From contig CAZKKM010000002.1 of the NCBI GenBank assembly GCA_964553435.1, forward strand, positions 1 through 35,089: DNA of 35,089 bases, given 5' to 3'. Shown here in pieces: positions 15,945-24,432 of this stretch. Both the position numbers and the translations under genes were made by a program. Numbering within the stretch: the stretch's first letter is position 1; the number at the start of each line of letters is the position of its first letter. The DNA comes from an uncultured Muribaculaceae bacterium (GTDB lineage Bacteria; Bacillota_I; Bacilli_A; RF39; UBA660). The notes beneath the pieces are model-generated. The model was not told the DNA's origin, ran no database searches, and saw only the letters and a list, made by a program, of their open reading frames with translations.

Positions 15945-16835
15945 ATGAATAACTACAAATATGACAGAGACAGTCTCATTGCCTCTTACGAAAAAGCTTT
16001 AAAAGACCCATCATTTAAATATGTGGCCTCGTTAGTCGAAGTCGATGACGAGCATCTCATGCGCCACACGAGCAAACTGAAAGTCGCAGCCGCAGAACTC
16101 AAAAACTGCAAAACATGTAAGAGTTTACATGCCTGCCGCAACCGAGTTCGCGGATTCGTCTATTATCCAAAAAAAGTGGGATGTCGAGTCGATTTCAACT
16201 ATGTTGCGTGCAAGTACAAAAAGACCGAAATCGAATTTGAAGAAAAATCGTGCAATTATTATGAAATGCCATCATCGCTCAAGACGATTCGCATGGCCGA
16301 CATTGCCGTCGACGATGCTGCCCGCGTCGAGATAATCAAGTGGCTCAAAAATTTTTATGATACCTTCGAAGACGATCCTCACCAAAGAGGTCTATACTTG
16401 CATGGTTCCTTCGGTTCGGGCAAGACCTTTCTCATCTGTGCCATGCTCAACGAATTGGCCAAAAAAGGCATCGACATCTGTGTAGCTTACTATCCGAAGT
16501 TGCTTCGCAGTCTCAAAGATTCCTTCGATACGGATTTCTCTTCCAGAGTCGAAAAACTCGAAAAAGTGAGCATTCTCTTTTTGGACGACATCGGTGCCGA
16601 ATCGGTAACTCCTTGGAGTAGAGACGAAATATTGGGAACTATTCTTCAATATCGAATGGATGCCTCGCTTCCGACATTCTTCACTTCGAATTTGACCATC
16701 GAAGAACTCGAAACGAACTTAGCTTCGACCAAAAATGGTGTCGAAATGGTCAAAGCTCGGCGCATCATCGAACGGATAAAACAGCTGACAGATGACATGA
16801 CTCTCATAAGTAAAAGCAGAAGGAATAGGGGATAA
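15945..16835 (+). CDS. dnaI: Primosomal helicase loader DnaI
   Basis: N-terminal Cys-rich zinc module 'CKTCKSLHACRN', AAA+ Walker A 'GSFGSGKTFL', Walker B 'ILFLDDIGAE', and 'FFTSN'. Classic dnaB-dnaI pairing. Confidence 0.9.
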   Translation: MNNYKYDRDSLIASYEKALKDPSFKYVASLVEVDDEHLMRHTSKLKVAAAELKNCKTCKSLHACRNRVRGFVYYPKKVGCRVDFNYVACKYKKTEIEFEEKSCNYYEMPSSLKTIRMADIAVDDAARVEIIKWLKNFYDTFEDDPHQRGLYLHGSFGSGKTFLICAMLNELAKKGIDICVAYYPKLLRSLKDSFDTDFSSRVEKLEKVSILFLDDIGAESVTPWSRDEILGTILQYRMDASLPTFFTSNLTIEELETNLASTKNGVEMVKARRIIERIKQLTDDMTLISKSRRNRG

Positions 16836-16891
16836 AAACTAATAGAAAAGGGCAAATAGTGTGAACGCGAATTTGAAAGGATAAGATTACT

Positions 16892-18352
16892 TTGAAAGAA
16901 AAGATCACATCGACAGTTAAATGGTGCCGTACCATATTCGAAAAGAAAAAGATATTTCTGAGTTTAATAGGATTGGCGATCCTCATAATGGTGACGACTA
17001 TTTTACTTAGTTTATCGAATATAAATTCAAAGAGCGAACTTCTAAAATTGATTTTCGCTCCCGATAAACCTGTTGTCTACAAAGAGGATGATAATTATGG
17101 ATATCTCGATATCGATGGCAAAGTTCTCATAGAGGCAAACTATCACAGTGCCACCCCATTTTATGGCGAATATGCGCTCGTCTCTTTTTATGATGATGAA
17201 GATGAAATATATGAGATAATCGACAAAAAAGGGAAGACAATATTAAGAACTTCTCCGACAAGTCAACCACACTATTATGGCGAATACGGAGTATGGCTCA
17301 TCGACAATAAGATGTATACCTACGAAATGAAAGAAATTTCGTTGGGAAATTGTCACATCGAATACTTGGGGCATGGATTTTTTTCCTACCTCGATAACGA
17401 CTCATCTTCCTCTGGAATCGTCGACGCATCTGGCAAAAAAATTTTTACATGGGATGAAGATTACATCTCGGTGGACATCTCCGACGTGGATTATCCTACG
17501 AACGACTACTATGCCGGTGTGAGCAACTACGAAGAAAGAGAAGAAATCGTCTCCCTAGCCGACGGTAAAAGTGTGTACGTCTTAGATGATACCAAAAACC
17601 GTTATCTCGAGGTCGAAAGTGACAATGTCTTTCGTATCATCGACCGCTCCGACAATTATAAGACCGTCGAATGGCTCTACCTAGAAAAAGGTAAAGTGGC
17701 TTTTCGTACGACCGATGATATATACGAAATCACCATTGACGACTTCGGCCACGACATTCTCAAAATAGACTATGGAGTCAACTATGCAAATTCCAATCAT
17801 GACGAACGTTATGCTTATTACGACGTCCAAAACAACCGATACTTAGATGAAACTTACCTTAAAGAAGAAAACATCGACAAAAATGCCTGGATGGAAGACA
17901 TATATGATTACAAAATATATACTTGTGACAAACTCTATGGAATAATGCAAAAAAACAAAATCATCAAAGCCTGTGCTTACACATCGATAGATCTATTGGA
18001 TCGAAATACATACGAATATCTAAAAGAATATCATGCGCGACACCTCGCCATTCTTAAAGATAACTCGACCGTCGAAATCTACGATATGAAAAGAGGGCAA
18101 GTATTGCATAGTTACGAAATGTCATCCATAAAAGGAGAAAAAGACAGTTCTTTCTTCTTGATAACACAATTCGATGAAAGCGGATATACTGCTGCCAAAT
18201 ACATCGTATACAACGCGATAACAGATGAACAGATGGAATTCTCATCGCCAAGTCGCATTTCGCTTTACTCCAACTACATCACCGTCGAAGATAAAGATAC
18301 GACCACATATTACAATACAGATTTTACCAAAATATACGAAGTTTCAAATTGA
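16892..18352 (+). CDS. Membrane-anchored WG/KWG-repeat protein
   Basis: TTG start with GAAAGGA upstream. N-terminal TM 'IFLSLIGLAILIMVTTILLSL'. Repeats such as 'YGYLDIDGKVLIEANYHSATPFYGEYALV' resemble WG-containing beta repeats. No terminator between dnaI and this gene. Confidence 0.55.
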   Translation: MKEKITSTVKWCRTIFEKKKIFLSLIGLAILIMVTTILLSLSNINSKSELLKLIFAPDKPVVYKEDDNYGYLDIDGKVLIEANYHSATPFYGEYALVSFYDDEDEIYEIIDKKGKTILRTSPTSQPHYYGEYGVWLIDNKMYTYEMKEISLGNCHIEYLGHGFFSYLDNDSSSSGIVDASGKKIFTWDEDYISVDISDVDYPTNDYYAGVSNYEEREEIVSLADGKSVYVLDDTKNRYLEVESDNVFRIIDRSDNYKTVEWLYLEKGKVAFRTTDDIYEITIDDFGHDILKIDYGVNYANSNHDERYAYYDVQNNRYLDETYLKEENIDKNAWMEDIYDYKIYTCDKLYGIMQKNKIIKACAYTSIDLLDRNTYEYLKEYHARHLAILKDNSTVEIYDMKRGQVLHSYEMSSIKGEKDSSFFLITQFDESGYTAAKYIVYNAITDEQMEFSSPSRISLYSNYITVEDKDTTTYYNTDFTKIYEVSN

Positions 18353-18393
18353 CATTTTTTCGTTAGAAGACCATATAAAAAGGCTATCTCGAG

Positions 18394-18422
18394 TTTACAT
18401 TTGGCATATATTTTGCTATAAT
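18394..18422 (+). promoter_or_regulatory. Putative sigma-A-type promoter of miaB (TTTACA-17-TATAAT)
   Basis: TTTACA at 18394-18399, a 17-nt spacer, TATAAT at 18417-18422. Confidence 0.5.
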
Positions 18423-18445
18423 TACTCATGACAGGTGTGATGATT

Positions 18446-19852
18446 ATGAAGTTACCTAATTTACGAGAAGCAAAAGTTCGCGGCCAGAGCGAAGTCTCCT
18501 ATATCGAAGCCAAAATTAAAAGAGATTTATCTCTTTTTAAAGGCCGCAAATACTATTTGAAAACATATGGTTGTCAGATGAACGTCCACGATTCCGAGCT
18601 CATCGCCAATTTGCTCGAGGGAATCGGCTTTATCGAAACCGATAAAATGGAAGGTTCGGACTTAGTCATTTTGAATACGTGTGCTATTAGAGAAAATGCT
18701 CACGACAAAGTCTTCGGTTTTTTGGGACGTTGCAAACACGAAAAAGAGCTCAACCCCGAGATGATGATTTGTGTCTGTGGTTGCATGGCACAAGAACCTT
18801 CAGTTTGTGAAGAAATACTCTCAAAGCATCCATATATCGATCTCGTCTTCGGCACACACAACATACACGAACTACCTAATTTGCTCTTAAATTGCACAGG
18901 TAAAACCGAAATTGAAGTAGAATCTAAAGAAGGGGACGTCGTAGAAAATCTCGAATATACGCGCGATTCGAAGATAGAAGCTTGGGTCAACATCATGTAC
19001 GGGTGTGACAAATTTTGTACTTACTGCATCGTTCCATACACTCGTGGAAAACAACGTAGTCGCAAATCTTCGTGTATTTTGAGAGAAGTCGAGAATCTAG
19101 CAAAAGAAGGTTACAAAGAAGTTACTTTGCTCGGACAAAATGTCAATGCTTACGGCAAAGACTTGGAAGACGAACTATCATTTGCCGAATTACTTCTCAA
19201 GGTGAGCGATACGGGAATTCCACGAATTCGTTTTGTAACTAGCCATCCGTGGGACTTTTCGGACGAACTTATCGATACCATCGCGAGCCGCGACAACATC
19301 ATGCCATACATCCATCTACCATTGCAAAGTGGCTCGTCACGCATTTTAAAATTGATGGGAAGAAGATACACCAAAGAAGAATATTTGAATCTTTTCGAAA
19401 AAATAAAGACTCGCATTCCAAATGTTGCTGTCACAACAGATATCATCGTCGGTTTCCCAGGCGAAACAGAAAAAGATTTCGAAGACACCCTCGAGATGGT
19501 AAAACGTTGTAAATACGACAATGCTTTCACATTCATTTTCTCCCCTCGCATCGGAACACCGGCCGAAAACCTACCTGACGAGACACCGAAAGAGGAGAAA
19601 GAGCGCAGGCTTGCTCGTTTAAACGAGCTCGTAAACTTTTATAGTCTCGAAGCAAACAAAAAATATGTCGGCCGAACAGTAGATGTTTTGATAACCGGAA
19701 AAAGTGACCGCGGCAGCGATAAAATTGCCGGATACACCGATACGATGAAACTCGTTAATGTAACGGGCCCTGTCGATGCGATCGGCAAAACGATTGCCGT
19801 AAAAATTACCGAAGCAAAAAGCTTCAGTTTGAATGGAGAGGTGGAATTATGA
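18446..19852 (+). CDS. miaB: tRNA-2-methylthio-N6-dimethylallyladenosine synthase MiaB
   Basis: UPF0004 Cys residues ('YGCQMN', 'NTCAIRE', 'CGCMAQ'), radical-SAM 'CDKFCTYCIVP', and a C-terminal TRAM domain. The ATG at 18446 is 8 nt after AGGTG. Confidence 0.93.
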   Translation: MKLPNLREAKVRGQSEVSYIEAKIKRDLSLFKGRKYYLKTYGCQMNVHDSELIANLLEGIGFIETDKMEGSDLVILNTCAIRENAHDKVFGFLGRCKHEKELNPEMMICVCGCMAQEPSVCEEILSKHPYIDLVFGTHNIHELPNLLLNCTGKTEIEVESKEGDVVENLEYTRDSKIEAWVNIMYGCDKFCTYCIVPYTRGKQRSRKSSCILREVENLAKEGYKEVTLLGQNVNAYGKDLEDELSFAELLLKVSDTGIPRIRFVTSHPWDFSDELIDTIASRDNIMPYIHLPLQSGSSRILKLMGRRYTKEEYLNLFEKIKTRIPNVAVTTDIIVGFPGETEKDFEDTLEMVKRCKYDNAFTFIFSPRIGTPAENLPDETPKEEKERRLARLNELVNFYSLEANKKYVGRTVDVLITGKSDRGSDKIAGYTDTMKLVNVTGPVDAIGKTIAVKITEAKSFSLNGEVEL

Positions 19853-20337
19853 ATTTAAATTATGTCAAATTGGCAACTTTTATACCCTGGATTATATACT
19901 TTGTCGAAATAATGCTATACCGTATCGGAGTCATCGAAAATCAAGAGCTCGATAAGAAAAAATATTTTAAGTTTATCAATAAAAACTTTTTTGCTTCGAT
20001 CAACATGAAAGAAATTTTTTTGTTCGTCATCTTTGTCATCTTCTTACAGTACGAAAATACGACTGTATTGGAGTTACTCTTTCCAGCCATGTACATCTAC
20101 CTTCTCATCGATTTCTTTCATACGCGTGCCGCGGACTGTAAAAAAATCGAACATAAAAGTCTGATGGTTTTGAGCATTCTCTTGATAGTTCTGCTCGTCG
20201 GCTTCTTCATTTTACAAAATCGACTATATACGACTTACATATTCATGTTCTCCGTTTCAATTTTGAGTTCATTCATCATCTATCTTTTCAGCATTCCAAT
20301 CGATTTATTGATGCGAAAGAATAAAAAACGATCTTAA
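19849..20337 (+). CDS. Integral membrane protein (162 aa), unknown function
   Basis: ATGA overlap with the miaB stop, suggesting translational coupling. Several hydrophobic helices. No family recognised. Confidence 0.5.
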   Translation: MNLNYVKLATFIPWIIYFVEIMLYRIGVIENQELDKKKYFKFINKNFFASINMKEIFLFVIFVIFLQYENTTVLELLFPAMYIYLLIDFFHTRAADCKKIEHKSLMVLSILLIVLLVGFFILQNRLYTTYIFMFSVSILSSFIIYLFSIPIDLLMRKNKKRS

Positions 20338-20345
20338 ACAAAAGT

Positions 20346-20388
20346 AAAAATGCGAAAGTTTCTCTATGGAATTTTCGCATTTTTGTTT
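20346..20388 (+). terminator. Strong rho-independent terminator
   Basis: 12-bp stem AAAAATGCGAAA / TTTCGCATTTTT (20346-20357 / 20373-20384), followed by a T-run. It covers the ORF-track start at 20366, which argues for the downstream ATG at 20429. Confidence 0.75.
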
Positions 20389-20428
20389 AAACGATCGCTC
20401 TTCCGCCCATAATATAGACGGTGATTAT

Positions 20429-21085
20429 ATGAAAGAATTTTTGCTCGTACTTTTTAGAACTGTTTTCTTTTACTTCTTCGTCATGGCAATGTACAGAATG
20501 ATGGGTAAGCGCGAAGTAGGGCAATTGGGGGTCGTCGATTTGATAGTGTCTATTCTGATTGCTGAACTTGTCGCCATATCCATCGAAAATCTCGAAGATT
20601 CGATTTTCTTGACCATCATCCCCATCGCTCTACTAGTTGCCTTAGAAATCGGACTTGCTCGCTTGTCCTTGAAGTCCAAGCGCGTACGTACCTTCTTTGG
20701 TGGTAAGCCTTCGATAATCATCGATCGCGGTCGAGTAGATTACAAAGAGATGGTAAAACAAAGATACACGATGGATGACTTGTTGTTCGAACTTCGCCAA
20801 AAGAGCATCAAAAGTCTCGAATCTGTCGAATATGCTTTTTTGGAACCGAATGGGAAACTGTCAATTTTCGAAAAAAAACTGTTCGATAAAAACTATCCTT
20901 TGCCACTCATAGTCGATGGAGAAATTCAACTTAGTACCTTGCGACTCATCAAAAAGAGTAAATTGTGGCTTCATGAAAGCTTAAGAAAAAAGAACCTCGC
21001 TGTTCGAGACGTCTTCTACTGTTTTTATAAAGGAACCAATCTATATGTCGTCAAAAAAGATGAACTTGTAAGAGTCAATGACTAA
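20429..21085 (+). CDS. DUF421 (YetF/YrbG-like) membrane protein
   Basis: 'FFVMAMYRMMGKREVGQLGVVDLIVSILIAELVA' is the DUF421 N-terminal signature. The soluble C-terminal domain contains 'YAFLEPNGKLSIF'. Confidence 0.75.
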   Translation: MKEFLLVLFRTVFFYFFVMAMYRMMGKREVGQLGVVDLIVSILIAELVAISIENLEDSIFLTIIPIALLVALEIGLARLSLKSKRVRTFFGGKPSIIIDRGRVDYKEMVKQRYTMDDLLFELRQKSIKSLESVEYAFLEPNGKLSIFEKKLFDKNYPLPLIVDGEIQLSTLRLIKKSKLWLHESLRKKNLAVRDVFYCFYKGTNLYVVKKDELVRVND

Positions 21086-21395
21086 AAAACATTTTTGCCA
21101 TTTTTGCGGGGAAATGACAAATATGTAAATGTAAATCTTATTTCAGCTTAGTATTTGAGGGACATTTGAAAATACTGATAAATGATCATGGGGCTTTTTT
21201 GCTTCATTTAAATTGTCAAAAAAACGTACGCATGTTCTCTATTATGATCAAAAAAACCAAAAAAAATGAGAAAAATCCAAAATCCTCGGAATAATAATAG
21301 TAGAGGGTAATAATTCGGAAAAAAAACGATCTTTCCTCTCTCTTTCGACAAAATCATCGATCGATTAGTAGTAAAATCTTTGACGGTGATAAACT

Positions 21396-21821
21396 ATGGA
21401 AAGATTGAAACCAGTATTATTAGCTGTATTGGTAGGTTGTGGATGTGCCTTTTATCTCTTCAAAAACGTGGAGTCGAATACCTTAGAAGAGACGAAATAT
21501 AATGCCGTCGCAGTGCAAATAGGGGTATTTAAAGATGCAGATACCGCTCATTCTATGCAGGAAGCTTATGGTGGTCTCGTCGTCGAGGATGACGATTTAT
21601 ATCGCGTTTACTACTCGATATTGAACAAAGATGAGAATATCGAATTCATCACGAACTATTTGAACGATAAAGGCATCAACTACTACCTCAAAGATTTGCG
21701 ATTGTCCGATAAAGTAATCGCCGATAGCAAGGATTACGAAATGATGATGACGAAGACCAACGAAGAAAGCAAACTGGCCATCAATGAAGAACTCTTAAAC
21801 ATATATAAGGAAGTGATTTAA
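21396..21821 (+). CDS. SPOR-domain membrane protein (tentative)
   Basis: N-terminal TM helix, then 'AVAVQIGVFKDADTAHSMQEAYGGLVVEDDDLYRVYYSIL', which resembles a SPOR peptidoglycan-binding repeat. Its stop abuts the radC ATG. Confidence 0.5.
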   Translation: MERLKPVLLAVLVGCGCAFYLFKNVESNTLEETKYNAVAVQIGVFKDADTAHSMQEAYGGLVVEDDDLYRVYYSILNKDENIEFITNYLNDKGINYYLKDLRLSDKVIADSKDYEMMMTKTNEESKLAINEELLNIYKEVI

Positions 21822-22514
21822 ATGTCTACTATGCTAAAAGACATTCCCAAAAGTGAAAAACCTCGAGAGAGACTGCTCGCCTACGGAAGTACATCTCTAT
21901 CGAACGAAGAATTGCTCTCAATTCTCCTTAGAACCGGAGTCCAAGGTCGCTCGGTTTGTGAATTGAGTAGAGAAATTCTCTCAAAAATCGAAAGCATAAA
22001 AAGTCTTCGCGACATTCCTCTTTCGACTTTAAAATCGATTAAAGGTCTCGGTGAGACGAAGAGCATAACGATTCTGGCTGCTCTCGAACTAGGTCGAAGG
22101 GTTTACGATGAAGAAGAACCTCACAAAAAACTGCAAATAACTCAGCCAGTCGATGCTTATCGCTATTTTTCAAAATATATCGTTCGCGACAAACAAGAAA
22201 ATTTTATGGCCATCTTCGTCGACAAACACAGACACTATCTCAGTCACAAGATAATCTTCAAAGGAACTCTCGATGCAGCTATCGTTCACCCGAGAGAAGT
22301 ATTCAAACATGCGCTTTTAGAAAATGCCGCTGGCATAATCGTCATGCACAATCATCCAAGTGGCATCGCTACACCGAGCACGTCGGACGATGATACGACG
22401 AGATCGCTAGTCGAAGTTGGATCGAATCTCGGTATACCGCTTTTAGACCACTTGATCGTTGCTGAAAACAATTATTTCAGTTATGTGGAAGAGGGGAGAC
22501 TCGTTCATGAATAA
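21822..22514 (+). CDS. radC: RadC-like JAB-domain protein
   Basis: N-terminal 'KPRERLLAYGSTSLSNEELLSILLRTG', HhH 'LKSIKGLGETKSITILAALELGRR', and JAMM 'HNHPSGIATPSTSD'. Confidence 0.9.
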   Translation: MSTMLKDIPKSEKPRERLLAYGSTSLSNEELLSILLRTGVQGRSVCELSREILSKIESIKSLRDIPLSTLKSIKGLGETKSITILAALELGRRVYDEEEPHKKLQITQPVDAYRYFSKYIVRDKQENFMAIFVDKHRHYLSHKIIFKGTLDAAIVHPREVFKHALLENAAGIIVMHNHPSGIATPSTSDDDTTRSLVEVGSNLGIPLLDHLIVAENNYFSYVEEGRLVHE

Positions 22515-23178
22515 AATTCGTCCTGTTCTCCTCATAATTTTCGTTCTTGCAACCTATATGATACTATCTGATACAATCGTCAATCTGCTCGCCAACACAG
22601 GATCTTTCCTTCGCCACGACAACAAAGCTGAACTTTACGAATCCACTTTCAAAACGAAAATCGAAGAACTCGAAAAAGAAATCTTAGAATACGAAAGACA
22701 AACCGAAGGATTGAAAATTTACGAGGGAGAAAGTTATATTTTGGCCAAAACAGCCATAAGAAACATTTATGACATATACGATTACATCATCGTAAACACT
22801 GCTTCGAAAGTTTCGATCGGAGATGTTGCATTGAACGAAGCTGGTCTCGTCGGAATTGTCAGTGAAGCGACCACTTCTACAGCGAAAATATCCCTTTTGA
22901 CCGGCCAAAACAAAATGAGTGTCAAAATAGGGGAAAATTACGGAATACTTTCAAATTACGATCGTACCAAAAACGAGTTTTTGGTATCCAATATCGACAA
23001 TTATAAAGTCATAGAAACGGGAGCCCAAGTGACGACTAGTGGCTTTCAAGAAATTGCTCCAGGTTTGCCAATTGGAACTGTCACAGCTATAGAGACGAAA
23101 GGAGTCGAGAAAGTAATTAGAGTGAGACCTCATGTCGATTTTAAAAACATCAATTACCTTCTCATCGCAGCCAAATGA
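22507..23178 (+). CDS. mreC: Rod shape-determining protein MreC
   Basis: TM helix, coiled coil, 'GLVGIVSEATTSTAKISLL' and 'VTTSGFQEIAPGLPIGTV'. The ATG at 22507 overlaps the radC stop by 8 nt. Confidence 0.8.
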   Translation: MNKIRPVLLIIFVLATYMILSDTIVNLLANTGSFLRHDNKAELYESTFKTKIEELEKEILEYERQTEGLKIYEGESYILAKTAIRNIYDIYDYIIVNTASKVSIGDVALNEAGLVGIVSEATTSTAKISLLTGQNKMSVKIGENYGILSNYDRTKNEFLVSNIDNYKVIETGAQVTTSGFQEIAPGLPIGTVTAIETKGVEKVIRVRPHVDFKNINYLLIAAK

Positions 23179-23477
23179 TCGTTTTTGCACTTTTGATCGA
23201 CTTTTTCATGTCGTCATTTACTCATTTTACAACTCACTTGGCCATCGCAGCGATTCCCTTCATTCGCTCCTTCGTACCAGTCATCATTTACTTTCTCGTT
23301 TTATCCCTCTATGAACCTCGCTATGTGATCAATCTATCACTGTTCTACATTTTATATATGCTGAATAGACAAATCGACAAACACTTTCGTCAAACCGATC
23401 TCACATATGTTTTGAAAATATTCATTTTTTGTGCGATATACATGAGTTTATTGTACTTTATACGAAACATATTCTGA
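23175..23477 (+). CDS. mreD: MreD-like small membrane protein (short, 100 aa)
   Basis: ATGA overlap with mreC. Polytopic and hydrophobic. Assigned mainly by position; it is shorter than typical MreD. Confidence 0.5.
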   Translation: MIVFALLIDFFMSSFTHFTTHLAIAAIPFIRSFVPVIIYFLVLSLYEPRYVINLSLFYILYMLNRQIDKHFRQTDLTYVLKIFIFCAIYMSLLYFIRNIF

Positions 23478-23504
23478 CGAATTGTCAAAGATGAAACTTA
23501 CTGA

Positions 23505-23534
23505 TTGCGCCGAGATATGAAAATATGATATAAT
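23505..23534 (+). promoter_or_regulatory. Putative promoter with extended -10 (TTGCGC-18-TATAAT, with a TG dinucleotide one base upstream of the -10)
   Basis: TTGCGC at 23505-23510, TG at 23526-23527, TATAAT at 23529-23534. Confidence 0.45.
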
Positions 23535-23558
23535 ATACTCGTGAAAGTAGGGAAGCCT

Positions 23559-24146
23559 ATGAAAACTGAAAACTTACAACAAAAGCATGCCGACAAGAAA
23601 GTGAAGGTTGTAACCGGTATAGTCCTGGGAGTTACTGCTCTTTTAATTGTGGTGGGACTATCTTATGCGATGCTGCCAACAGACAATCTCCCCGTCGAGC
23701 CCTTGGACGTCACAGCCTCCACCGCGACAATGAAACTTCGTTATACGGACTGTAAAGAAAGTGACACGAGCACTTGTGCAGATATTTCGAAAGAATTGAA
23801 TCCTGGTGATAGCATTAGCAAAGAATTTAAAGTTTCGAACATCGGCGATAGCACAGCTCACTATGCAATTTACTTTCGCGAACTGACCAACACTTTCAAA
23901 CACGAAGAATTGGTATACAAACTGGAAAACTTGACGACTGGAGAAATCGTCGTACCCGATATGCCAGTTCCTACGTCCCTCACGGACAATTTGATCAAAT
24001 CTCCTATTGCCGCTACCGCAGGTTCGACAATCAGATATAAGTTGACAGTTACATTTATGAACACCGACCGCGATCAATTGGACAATTTGAACTCTGAATT
24101 CTCACTTAAAATAGCTATAAAAGATGTTCGTTCTCAGACATCTTAA
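23559..24146 (+). CDS. Secreted/membrane-anchored beta-rich protein, weakly TasA/camelysin-like (tentative)
   Basis: N-terminal anchor 'VVTGIVLGVTALLIVVGLSYAML'. The segment 'LNPGDSISKEFKVSNIGDSTAHYAIYF' resembles the PGD...N.G strand pattern of TasA/CalY-type proteins. No strong family call. Confidence 0.4.
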   Translation: MKTENLQQKHADKKVKVVTGIVLGVTALLIVVGLSYAMLPTDNLPVEPLDVTASTATMKLRYTDCKESDTSTCADISKELNPGDSISKEFKVSNIGDSTAHYAIYFRELTNTFKHEELVYKLENLTTGEIVVPDMPVPTSLTDNLIKSPIAATAGSTIRYKLTVTFMNTDRDQLDNLNSEFSLKIAIKDVRSQTS

Positions 24147-24239
24147 AAAAGTCATGGCGAAATGCCCAAGAAAGTGACAAAAAAAATTAAATTCGAATGA
24201 ATGCTCATTGCACATCAAAGAGAATTTCGCGAGCCCATG

Positions 24240-24264
24240 ATCGGTTCGTTTTTTCTCAAAATAC
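24240..24264 (+). terminator. Candidate rho-independent terminator (first of two)
   Basis: Stem CGAGCC / GGTTCG (one G-U pair) with a 7-nt loop, followed by T6. Confidence 0.45.
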
Positions 24265-24274
24265 CGCTCGACCT

Positions 24275-24298
24275 TTTGAGCGCTTTTTGATATAATTG
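24275..24298 (+). terminator. Candidate rho-independent terminator (second of two)
   Basis: Stem CGCTC / GAGCG with an 8-nt loop, followed by CTTTTT. Confidence 0.4.
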
Positions 24299-24339
24299 AT
24301 ACTGTAAATTATATGAAATTGCGTCGACATAAAAGAAAC

Positions 24340-24368
24340 TTGCAAGTATTTTCAAAAACGATTATACT
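24340..24368 (+). promoter_or_regulatory. Putative sigma-A-type promoter of the alaS-like gene (TTGCAA-17-TATACT)
   Basis: TTGCAA at 24340-24345, a 17-nt spacer, TATACT at 24363-24368. Confidence 0.5.
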
Positions 24369-24432
24369 ATTGGTGAAAACGGAATTTTAAATAATTTAAA
24401 TAAAAATGCCAAATGATAGGAGAATTAAAAAT

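Noticed and set aside
24147-24432. Possible T-box or other riboswitch leader upstream of the alaS-like gene
   Set aside because: No T-box core (GGTGGTACCGCG-like) or specifier-loop architecture is visible. The best promoter (24340-24368) leaves only a ~65-nt leader. The two hairpins with T-runs lie upstream of that promoter and are better explained as terminators of the preceding gene.
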